Of a stretch of DNA of 64,000 bases, positions 37,818 to 48,518 are shown piece by piece; position 1 is the stretch's first letter; every line of letters begins with the position of its first letter. Where the stretch lies: assembly GCA_030390025.1 (NCBI GenBank), contig CM059432.1, positions 33,048,001 through 33,112,000 on the forward strand, written 5' to 3'. Origin of the DNA: Squalus acanthias. Lineage: Eukaryota. The notes under the pieces were generated by a model. The model did not search any database, was not told the DNA's origin, and worked only from the letters and a program-made list of their open reading frames with translations. The position numbers were made by a program, and so were the translations under genes.

Positions 37818-38520
37818 CTAATGTCTCCTGCGCTTTCCCCTTCCCCGTGACCGGAGCCCTCTGCTGCCAAGTGAAAGGTCTCTGTGTACCATCTCTTGCC
37901 CTTCAGCAATTGCCTCGTGACAGGGTTGCTGCTGCTGAAAGGCAAGGTTTGCTTGCATCAGAATTGGCAGAGCTGCTGTCTCGAAGGCCTGCACTGTGTC
38001 TGCACTGGGAGCAGGCAAGGCCGGTTCTGCAGGAGTCAAAGTAATGGCAGCAGAAACTGTTTTAAGCAACTGTAAAATTTGAACGAGACTCGTTAATCTG
38101 ATTAAGTGCCATGCCAACATCATCAATTTCCTGCCTGATAGAGGCAAGAGTGTCAACTTTCTTCCCATGAAGAGTACACATCTCTTGCCTCAACCCTTCA
38201 ATCTGTTGAACCTGAGCTTCGATGTCATTCTGTTGCGTTGAACGTCTTTCTGCTTCTCCCACCTGCTCTGCAGTATCGGGTTGGTGTCTGGCTGTGGAAC
38301 GACAGTCATCTGTGCCTGGCCCAGAGCCAGAGGTGCCAGGAGATGGAGAGGTGCTGTGCAGCCACCCAGGGTCCATACTCTCCCCTTCCACCAGTTGACA
38401 CAGCGCAAATTCCTCCTCCTCCACCTCACTTACTGCTCCCACTGCATCAGTAACCCCTTCCCCAATGCCCTCTGCAGCCGCAGACTCAACGCACTGTTCA
38501 TCCCGTGTGAGAGAAGGATG
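37818..38520 (-). pseudogene. Last exon of the family D Harbinger Myb-partner gene; upstream exon at about 52002-52150 lies beyond the provirus
   Basis: Acidic and coiled-coil ORFs 38062..38442 and 37818..38168 ending in basic RSRGRGKRRR; 52002-52150 reads KIVNNARERALTGGGVVTLRDLSEHEERVEQL, homologous to exon 2 of the other Myb genes. Confidence 0.65.
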
Positions 38521-38655
38521 CTGTCCATGTGTGGGAAGGAAACAGTAAACATTTACAAAGGTGAAGCATGACCTGCCACATCACAGAAGCTGATATTCAG
38601 CACACACCCAACAGTTCTAAACATATAGCTGGCCAGACCAACTAACCTTTCCTTA

Positions 38656-40299
38656 TATAAGGGATTCGGACGGTGGCTCTGTGCTTAGCCTGGGTGCTAG
38701 TGCGGGGTTAGGCCTTGTCGCCTGTTCTGGTCTCCAGCCAGCCTGGTAACACTAGACACCTGTGAGTGGTTCGACCCACTCGCCCTTACGGTTCTGACAC
38801 TGGACTTAGGTGCGAGAGCAATAATGCAGAGAAAACTCAGGTAGACCCGGTTGAATAGTATGAAATGGAAAATCTTTATTGCATATTGTTCAAGATTACG
38901 AAATACATGTCATAAGCACAGATTAAATGACAGTACAAGCTTACATACATTTATGAAACTAGGTTTAGGGAAACGAGGAGTGCACGACACATCGTAAAAG
39001 GGGACACACATTATAATTATCCTTAAAACAAAAACCCTCCCCTAACAATACCTGTCCTAATCTAGATCTGTAGGATCGAGAATCATGCTCACCACTCGTG
39101 ATAACTCGGAGAATTCTAAAACGATGCTCGGATGTTTTCGCCACAACACCTGACTATTCACATGTTGATCAGGGGTCTCTGTACCCCACTTGTTTACTCG
39201 CTTCTGCTCCGGCTAGCAGGCTGGACCGTCTGCTGTCATGAAGATCTGTGTTGGTCTCGGATTTCTGATACTACTCAAAAAAAAAAAAAAAAAAAGTCTT
39301 CCTGTGCCCTACACCGGTTGTCGGTAGAACTCGAAGAAAAGTCTTCTGGTGCCAGTTGTGGAGTAGCCGATAGAATTCAAAGAAGTGGTTAATCGATTTT
39401 TCGGGCGCGGTCGGGGTTTACTGACCGCGGCGGCACATGTAGTCGTCTTCTTCTATTCTCATCTCATCTCATCTCATCTCCTCTCGGGCCTTCGGTTCCA
39501 ACACCGTTTACCGACTTCTCGGGATGGTGCGCCCGCTTGCAGGCCTTCGCAGACCAGCTCTCCACAGATCTTCGCGGCAAGCCACGAGGTTGACTCCCGA
39601 AAAATCAGCGGATCAGAGAATAAGAGTCAAGAGCTCGAGTCGGTGGTCGGTAAAGAATAAGAGAAAGATGGACGTTTGGACACTACAGTTATAGTACTGT
39701 AACCCCTTATCTCCCGCCCAATCTTAAGGGTCATGTTTTGGCGCTCAAACTTCTTGTATGGGGTGGTACTTGTCGTAAATGGGTTTCGGTGATACTTGTA
39801 ACTGTCTGAGTACCCGTTAACATTTCTCCCATTGTGGAACCGGCTAGGAGTCTCCCTGGAGGGGTTTTGGGGGCCTCCGAATTCTTGCTGTGAATACCCG
39901 CGAACGGCTCTCTCATCGTATAGCCACGGGGAATTTGCGTATCCATGTCTTTGGATGGGCCCTTGATTGCCCAGTACAATAGCCCTTGTCTGTGCATGGA
40001 AAAACCGATTCCAGCACTTATATTTCTTGCTTAGGTGTTAAAAAATGCAAAACGATCGCGTCTTGTCTTATATCAATATGCTGAGTGCTGTCCGATCTTG
40101 CTGAAATGTTTATTGAAACACCATCTTGTCTGCCCACTGAAAATCTAGAACCTTCTGCCACGAGGCGCGGCGGCCATTTTACAGGCTTCTTGTGTCCGTT
40201 TTTGAACCTGACAGCATTTTGCTGAAATAAAGCTGTTTATACGAAACTGTATGTCTCTATCTCGTTATTACGAAATCGCGATAATTTGCGAATTCTACA
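38656..40299 (-). repeat. 3' LTR (terminal CA mutated to TA)
   Basis: Direct repeat of 50349-51995; plus strand begins TATAAGGG instead of TGTAAGGG; minus-strand AATAAA at 38875-38880. Confidence 0.95.
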
Positions 40300-40312
40300 G
40301 TCCCTCCTGTTG
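40300..40312 (-). other. Polypurine tract
   Basis: Minus strand CAACAGGAGGGAC directly abuts TGTAGAATTC of the 3' LTR. Confidence 0.7.
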
Positions 40313-40642
40313 ATGCGAATAACTCCGCTTATCATATCAAAAAGTGGTGGTGAGCAATATTATCTTGATTCTCCATATCCAAATATTCCCATAACTTAAA
40401 ACTATCTAGGGTCTCCGTGTCGTCCTTATTTCCCAGGAAAAATTACATTTTAATAGAACCGTAGGCAGCATTTGCCTTTAACTTACACCGCGTGTATTTC
40501 TTCCAGGTGTAACAGGCCGATGCCTCTCGCACCACCTGCATATGCATATTTTTTATTATTCAGGAAAAAGAAAACAAAATAATCAAACAACCATTTTAAC
40601 AACACAAATGTAAAATGATCAAAACCAACTCTTGAACATACA

Positions 40643-43600
40643 GGGGTAGAAATTAGGTCGCGCCCCATTTGGGGCGCAAATATCGTCTGGACGCAAATAT
40701 TAGCGCCTAGCGCTAATTATCGGCACTGACTGGAAACTTCACTTTTACCGCCCCGGGAGGTGAGTGGAGCGCTAAAGCAGGCGCTGCACACCTGTCTTAA
40801 GGCGCAAAGGCCAAGGAGTGAGGCGCTAACTCAGCGCGCGAGCGCAGCGCAGCTGCTGCCAGTTAGCGAGGGAACACAGACACACTGGCGCCGGCCACTT
40901 CTTAAAGCGGGGGGGGGGGGGGGGGCAACTTGCTCCCCAGCCACACCCTGCTCATTGCAGCCTTGAATCTCGGCCTGGAGAGACCTGTGAATCCATTTTG
41001 CTGCCAAGCATGGAGAGGGTGAGAGAACGCGCTCATCGCTTCACCGAGCGGGCCTTGGATGCTCTGGTTGGCGCGGTGGAGCGCAGACGATGTATGCTCT
41101 TCCCTGAGAGTGGCAGGAGGCCTTTGCCACGCGAGTTCAGAAGAGTGTGGAGGGAGGTGGCTCAGAGCGTCTCCTCCAGGAGCATGGTGCCCAGGACCCA
41201 TACTCAATGCCGCAAAAAGTTCAACGACCTCACTCGGGTCGTCAGGGTGAGTGGCTTTTTCTCAATACCTCTCCATCCCTCCATCTCAACCTCACTCTAT
41301 GGCCAGAGGGTCTTAAAACCCCAATGCACAACACTCATCCAACACCTATGGCCCTTTCATCAAACACACACACACATTCCACACTTTGCATACAGTAAGG
41401 GCTATTCACCTATGGGAGGCACATCAGGCAAGACCATGGCTGCATACAGTAAGGGCTATTCACCTATGGGAGGCACATCAGGCAAGACCATGGCTGTATA
41501 TTTACTCAGATGCTGTCCTTTTTCTTGCAGGCCAAGCTGGCACATAATAGGAGACAGCAGCAACGGACAGGTGGAGGGCGGCCTCAGCTGCAACCCCTCA
41601 GCGATCTTGAGCGCGTCCACAGGATTGTGGGAAGCCGGGTGATCGGTCCCGTCGCCACTGGAGACGCCGACCCCGTTCTGGACAGCAATGGTAAGGTCAT
41701 CACCTTTTTGTCCTCTGTCCTTCCACTTGTCCCTCACGACACCAGCCTTTGACACTTTCAATCCAACTTGCTAACTCGCTGCACTTATTCCTCCCTTACT
41801 GCCACCCTGTCCTCACGCTAAAGCCACTCTTGTACCTCCCTGCTTTCAGATGGTGATTCACCAGCTGAGGAGACGGGCCCTGAAGCTGCCGTTGGGAGTG
41901 ATGCTGCAGCTGAGGAGGAAGAGGAAGCCGGAGCATCAGTGCCACCCTCTCCCGAGGAAGCCCATGCCCACACTGGGAACACGCCTTCCCTGGAGGGTAG
42001 CAGGGGGGAAGGGTCTGATGAGGGTGAAGCTCCAGGACCCAGCGGGCTGCAGCAACGCCATGGGGGCGGTAGGGAAGAACGGGGGCCTTCTCCCCAGAGG
42101 GAGAGTATGCCAGACACTCCTACTGCAATGGACGCAGAGGAGGAGCGGCTGATCGCAGAAATGAACACCCAGGTGGTGGGCATGCACACTGAGCTCATGG
42201 GTGCAGTGGGAAGGGTGCCCGAATGCATTGAGTCACTGGCAAGGAGTGTGGTGCACTTCGCTGTAGCACAGGCGGATGCCACACTAACGCTTAGTGCTGC
42301 AATTCAGTCACTGGCTGCCATGATCCCATCTCTGACTGCTCTCATACAGACTCAGATTGAGGTCACGCGAGCACAGACTGCTGCCAACCTCGATGGTTCA
42401 TGCACATGTCCCCGGGGCTGTCACCGCGCCGCAGCAGGCCAGCAATCTGTTCTCCGGCAGATTGCTCCGGATGCTGAAGTGCTGCCCCGTGGGAGTGCCA
42501 GTGTGTCGGGCGAGCAGGGAGTTGCTGTCCTCTCTCATGATGACAGCATTCCTGCTGCCAACACTGTCACTTCTCCACTGCACTTGCCACCGCCTGTAGG
42601 ACAGACTGCTGCCGCCCATGCAGAGTTGGTGCAGTCTGCAGCCGGGCCCTCCAGGCCCAGAACTGGTCGAGGCCGTCCTTCAGGGGCATCTGCAGTGTCA
42701 GGGTCTGACGAGCAGCAGCCTTCCACCAGCCTTGCTGCAGCCACTGAGGTCCCATTACGGAGGAGCAGTAGGGTTAGAAGGGGGGAAGTGCGCAAGGGAA
42801 GGAGATCACCCTCGAAGGGCAAAAAGTAGGAGGTGTGACAAAATGCTGGTCATTTTTTTATTAAAGGTCGAGGTTCATGGTCCAACTTTTGTTTAGTGTT
42901 TTGGACATTATCTCCAGGTTGTGAGAACCAGTTATGTTATTGACTTTTTTTGTGTTTATTTCTATGAGTTTGTCATGAGGAATTGACACACACAGAGTTT
43001 GTAAAATAAATAAGTTTCTGTATTCAAAATATACATGGTTGGTGGTTGGAATTATTGGTGCCTTGACCGGCTTAGGGGTTGCGTGCTGGGTTCATTAATG
43101 TTGTTAGAAGCGGCTTGCTATTAGCCGTTGACGGACGGCCCTTGCAGTTTGACCATTGTGGGCCGCCCTCCTGCCTTGGTGCTGCTGATGATCATCGTCC
43201 TCGTCCTCTTCCTCCTCTTCCTCCTCCTCCTCTGGTGGTGCTCCAAGGCCTGGTGGCATTGGCTGGGTCCTGAGGATTGCCATGTTATGCAACATGCAGC
43301 ACACGACTACGAAGTTCGATACTCGCTCAGGCGAGTACTGCAGGGCTCCTCCGGAATGGTCCAGACAGCGGAACCGTTGCTTCAGCACGCCGATTGTGCG
43401 CTCAATAATGTTCCTGGTAGCTTGATGGCTCTCATTGTACCACAGCTCAGCAGGGGTGTTGGGCGTACGGAGCGGTGTCATCAGCCAGGTGCTCAATGCA
43501 TACCCCTTGTCCCCGAGAAGCCAACCAACTGGCTGATGCGGTGCCTCAAAGTTCTGCCACAGTAGTCTGGCACAGGATAAAAGCATCGTGGCAGTTGCCA

Positions 43601-44772
43601 GGATACTGGGCATTGACAGCGAGTATCAGCTGTCTGTGGTCACAGACCAACTGGACATTCAAGGAATGGAACCCCTTTCTGTTCCTGAATTCCTCGGCAT
43701 TCTCACACGGAGCACGCAAAGCCACATGCGTGCAGTCAATGGCGCCCTGCACCATGGGGAAGCCCGCTACCCTCGCAAAGCCCAGAGCATGGTCACGCTG
43801 CTTGTCTGGGGTCATGGGGAAAGAGATGAACTCTCGTCTCCTTCTGAAGAGGGCATTTGTGACCAACGGATGCAGCAATGCACCGCGAACTGGGAGATAT
43901 TGGCGAGGTCCCCAGCAGCAGCTTGAAATGAGCCAGTAGCGTAAAAGTTCAAAGCCACTGTGACCTTCACTGCCACCGACAGAGACGTCCTGGACCTCAG
44001 TTGAGGCTGCAGATCTGGCTGCAGCAGGTGGCAGAGCTCAGTGACCACCTCCTTGCTGAATCGCAGCCTTCGCAAACACAGCTCCTCGGACATATGGATG
44101 TAGGAGAGCTGTTCACGATATACCCTGGGAGGGTAAGCTCTCCTGTACATACGCCTGATGGCCCTCCTCCGTCTGGCCATCATTGCCACTCTCTCTCTGC
44201 GTCTCTGTATCCTCCGATTCAGCTGGAGCAGGACGACGCCCCCAATCAGTGCAGCCCCCATATTCTCTTTGCAAGCAAGGTAATGAAGGACAGCAACTAA
44301 AGTAGCAGCAAAGTTAGGATCAATAGGCAAAACTACCTCACAAAGCGTTGAGTCAATGTAGAAGTCTCTCTTTCTCTCTCTCCGAATCTCTCTCTCTCTC
44401 TCTCTCAGAACGAGTGGTGCAAAAATGTCGACCACAGAAAAAGACAGGAAGAGGCCCCCTTTAAATAGCGCCCCAGCCCCACAGCGATTGATAGCGTTCC
44501 AGTCTTCCGGTCGTTGGAAGCGCCAGGCGGTAAGGCAGGAGGCGCCACTCAATTTCCGCTCCGGGGCGCCACAAGGGCGTTGCACCATGGAATGACGTCA
44601 TAATCTGCGCGCGCAGGTGGTCGCAGCGGTAAGTTTTAGCGCCGCCGCACAATGTCAAGTTAAGTTCCCGAGCGGCGCAAACATCGCTGCGCCCGGGCGT
44701 TAGCGGCTTTGCGCCCCATTAGCGCCCTCTTAAGGCACTAACGGGAGGCGCAACCAACTGAATTTTTACCCC
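40643..44772. mobile_element. Harbinger family A copy 3, inserted between env and the PPT of the provirus
   Basis: TIRs GGGGTAGAAATT / AATTTTTACCCC; TSD ACA at 40640-40642 and 44773-44775; Myb gene (+) about 41010-42829; transposase (-) about 43104-44262 with two frameshifts. Confidence 0.94.
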
Positions 44773-44874
44773 ACAGAGTTCCAAACTTTGTTATTTTTTT
44801 TAGAACCTGTAACTATCAATTAAAACAATTTCGAGGCGCACGTGGGAAAACTGGAGTGGCGCCACTCTGGCCGT

Positions 44875-47226
44875 TTACGCAGCGCTTTCTTCGTGCACGC
44901 GCACGTAACGCTCTCGCCACTCTCCTGTGTTTTCGTGCTTGGTAAGGCGTTTGCCTCTCTTACAGTGCACGACCAATAAGTATATCACAATTATCACCTG
45001 GCATGCAACTAAAATGTGGGAGGTTATTCTAATCCAGGAAGGCACTTCGATGTTGGTGAACAGATCCCACCACGGTGGGATTACTATGTCTAAAATCTCT
45101 GACCCTATCTCGACAGTTTTCTGCTCAAGGGTATAAAAATGCTTCTGCGAAACCTCAACGGCTTTCAAAAGTTTGGAGAGGTGTTCAGGGAGAGGGGGAA
45201 TGAGGTATCCGAAATGCGCGACGAATCGCTGCAAGTCGGTGAAGTTCTCCTTTACTGTTAGATGAACAGTGGATGGTTCAGGGATCGGGACAATTCGCTG
45301 CTGTGCCACTTGAACTTCAGCCCTGGGTTTAAAACAGAAACTGCTGTCACTCACCGGACACCGGCTACGGTTTCCATGCTGGTAGTGTTGCGCTGCAGTG
45401 GTAACACAATATGTTCCACCCCCTATGTATGCTACCTGCGGAGGCACATGATCTTGTGCCATTGCCTCCATGGTGCAATTCATGGGCTTGGCGCCAGCCG
45501 TTCTGAACCCGCACTGTGGCGATAAAAAGGCATTCAAGTGCTGGGGACACAGGATTATGTGTGCTCCCCTGCCACGACAACCAGAGAGATCTGTACCTGT
45601 CATCGTTTGCTCCCAGCGGATGACGTAAGGTGGGACCGCTGCATAGCGAATGTGGGCTCCCCCCTGAATGACACCAATGTTCTCTACCCGATACACCGGG
45701 GCGGGCTTTGCTGTGTCGCCGAAAACCGGCATACGCAACACTATACCCATAATGGTATGGTTTGACCGTCCGCAGTCCACGGGGACTGGGTATGCTTCTG
45801 AAGCTAGCCTGAGCTGGCACGGGCTTAATGCTTTCTGAAAAGGGTGGAGCGCCTGCAGGTGTTTGTTACTTATCCAGGACGGGACGAAACCTTGTTTTAA
45901 ATCCTCCAAATTACTGCGGCCCTCGCCCAGTAACCACGCCCCGTAAAGCACGCACACCTCATTCTGCGCAGCCTGATTGGACGCATTCCGATCTTCCCTG
46001 ATCAGGGCATTTACTGTATGCGCATGTTTCTCTAGTTCAGCTATGATTTCTTTTAAATGGAGAGTCATGGCCTCGTCCTCATGTAACCCAGACCCTACCA
46101 CCTTATTTTTGTCTGTAAGGATATTCTTTAATTGGGTTTTTAAACCATTAATCTGGGTCTGCAACTCCACGTTATCTAGAGTGTTGACCACAGATGTCCC
46201 TGTATTGAACGCAGTGAACATGTCGTTCACAACACCCCTTCTTTGTCTCCCCACCTGGCCCAAAACTTCATGTGGTGCGGTGTACAAACTTGTTTTATCA
46301 ATCTCCGCAAAATCGAATTCATAAAATTGTCTAAACATATTGGTCAACAGGACCTGATATAACTGTTCCGTCTCTTTGGGGCACCACTTTGGCAACTGCA
46401 CCTCGGTGAGGTTTAAAATCACCGAGGCCACCTCGTAATGTACCCCCTGAAATAGTATCTGGTCTGTAGGGACCAGTGCCAAACCATTCCCGGGTCCCTT
46501 ACTGGTTTTAGGGCACCCTTCTTCCTTAGCCAGAACCACCGGAATCGTGGGCGGGGCCTTGTGTGGGCGCATAATGAGTTCAGTGGCGTTTACCGGGATC
46601 GGAGAGTATGGGGCTCCGCACCCCCTGGTGCTAGCATCCCACCTCATCCCTTTCCCATAATCCTGCCACTGATTCACGAAAAATATGGAGATGCCTTTGG
46701 GGCAAACGTGCTTTGACCCCCACATACATACATAAATTCCCTCATCCAGTTCCCACCATTTGTCCCAACAGACTTTCAATTGTCCGTTAGTCCACGTAAT
46801 TGTCCGATGGGTATTATTTCCCAATCGCTCCCACTCGACCAAAGAATTCCTCATATTCCTGCTCGGCTTTCGTAGCCACCACCATCGGCTCAATGGGATA
46901 TTCCCATTACAAGTCAAACAAATCCGTTTGCCGACGGTGACGCTGACTCTGGGTGCGATGATCCTCACTTTGGGGCACATTAAAGAAGTCTCCTTGTAGG
47001 CAAAACCCGTTGTGCTGGAGTATTCAGTTGAGTTTGTTCCCAGCCATCCTGGCCACCTTCCCTTGTGGAACTAAGTGGCGGTCTCCTCAGCCTCTCGCCT
47101 CCCGGTCCCATCCACCGCGATGGGGGCCGTGTACCCGGAGCATCCAAACACCACGACATCCTTGGTGCGGCCTCGATAGGCCAGTCCACATCCGATTGCC
47201 GCGAGCACTACCAGAATCTGTTCCAT
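44875..47226 (-). CDS. env: Envelope glycoprotein: signal peptide, Ig-like domain, class I fusion protein; 783 codons with one in-frame TAG at 47071-47073
   Basis: ATG at 47226 in strong context (AGGATGG), MEQILVVLAAIGCGLA signal-like peptide in frame with the 701-aa ORF 44875..46980; furin site RQRR (46237-46248); heptad repeats; Cys-rich ectodomain; W-rich MPER; TM ILVACQVIIVIYLLVVHC; basic tail with YVRV. Confidence 0.88.
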
Positions 47227-47239
47227 CCTTCCTTGGTTT

Positions 47240-47258
47240 CTGTGATCAGATAAAATGA
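47240..47258 (-). promoter_or_regulatory. Putative env splice acceptor
   Basis: Minus strand TCATTTTATCTGATCACAG|AAACCAAGGAAGG-ATG, 13 nt upstream of the env ATG. Confidence 0.55.
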
Positions 47259-47499
47259 TGTAGCCAGCCTCCCAAGAGTCTCTGGCTTTTGTGAAGGGTG
47301 AGCGGGTCCCCTGACCTCGCCTCACGTAAAAAGACATGTGCACTGGATAGATCTTTTAACTAAACCTAATCTAAACTCCCATCATTATATCTTTTACTTA
47401 TCAAACTTACAAAACTACAAACTTACAAACTTACAAACTATAAAACTTCTAACTTATCTTATAAACTGTACAGCGCCGCCCGTTCCCAGGGCGGCCTAC

Positions 47500-48515
47500 T
47501 CAAATTCTGTGAAGGCGGCCACAAGCTTTTTCCAACGGTGGGAGGGCGCTGGCCCCTCCCTTTGATCTGCCGCAGCCTGTTGCTGCTGCGCTGGGACTGG
47601 GATCTCCCTGGGCTGCTTTAGCCTTGGACCTACGCCTGGGGACATACGGGGGACTTGACCATACCTTCCTGGGCTGGGGTGTCCGACTTGACCTACGGGG
47701 AGCTACCGGGGGCAAGAACTCCAGGGCCGACGGACCGGGTTTCGAGACTTCCACCGTTGCGACCTGTGGTCCCACCACAGCCGCTGGCTCCGCCTCCCTG
47801 AACTCGGGATCTGCAGTCTCTGGCACCGCCCTACTTGGCCCTGTAGGCGGCCCTTCACTCGCAGTCCCTACCTCCCGCGAGGGCAAGACTTCCAAGGCGG
47901 ACGGACTGGGCTCTGAGGCTTCCCTCGCCACGTCCTGTGGTCCCACCACAGCCGCTGGCTCCGCCTCCCCTAGCTCCGCCTCCCTGAGTTCGGGACCTGC
48001 AGCTTCTGCTTCCACCCTGTGTGGACCTCCATCTGCAGTCCCTATCTTCCTTTTACTTGAATCGGGGGCGACCCTTTCATCCTCCGATTCCAGCTCCTCT
48101 TCGCTCGGGTCACTATCTTGGTCGAGCTCCTCGAACTCTTCCTCATCTGACTCCCAACCCCAATAAAGGATCCTACATTTTGCTAGGATGTCCTCTCCCC
48201 TGATGCAAGCTGCTTTGCCAGCCTGCGTGCCCTGCGGTCCTACCCGGGGCTGCGAGTCCCCACTCGCAGGTTTGGCCCCTGGTTGGCCCTTGTGCACCCG
48301 GCTTATACAGCTTGCACTGGTTAAAATCCCTGCTTCTGGCTACCCTGTAGGCTGCTTTTATCTCTCTAAGCTGCCCTTCTAGCCCATCTATTTTCCCCAT
48401 TAAGCGGGCGTTCTCCTCCCGTAAGGCCTGCTCTTTTAACCTGGCCTCCTTACAGGAGACCCCCTCCTGTGCGTGTCTTTTTAAAAGGACACAGGTAGGC
48501 AGGCTGCGTGGGCTC
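47500..48515 (-). other. Region replacing pol: diverged Gag coiled-coil paralogue plus acidic/Pro-rich ORF (47500..48297)
   Basis: EARLKEQALREENARLMGKIDGLEGQLREIKAAYRVA aligns with Gag EAKLNEGRIRERCARLAAQIKAQEESLKGVRAAYKMA; 265-aa ORF with a duplicated EAEPAAVVGPQ..PSALE.LP unit; no PR, RT, RNase H or IN motifs. Confidence 0.6.
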
Positions 48516-48518
48516 TAG

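Noticed and set aside
44875..46980. Domesticated env (syncytin-like host gene)
   Set aside because: Still inside a young two-LTR provirus and carries a stop between the signal peptide and the ectodomain; nothing here supports domestication.
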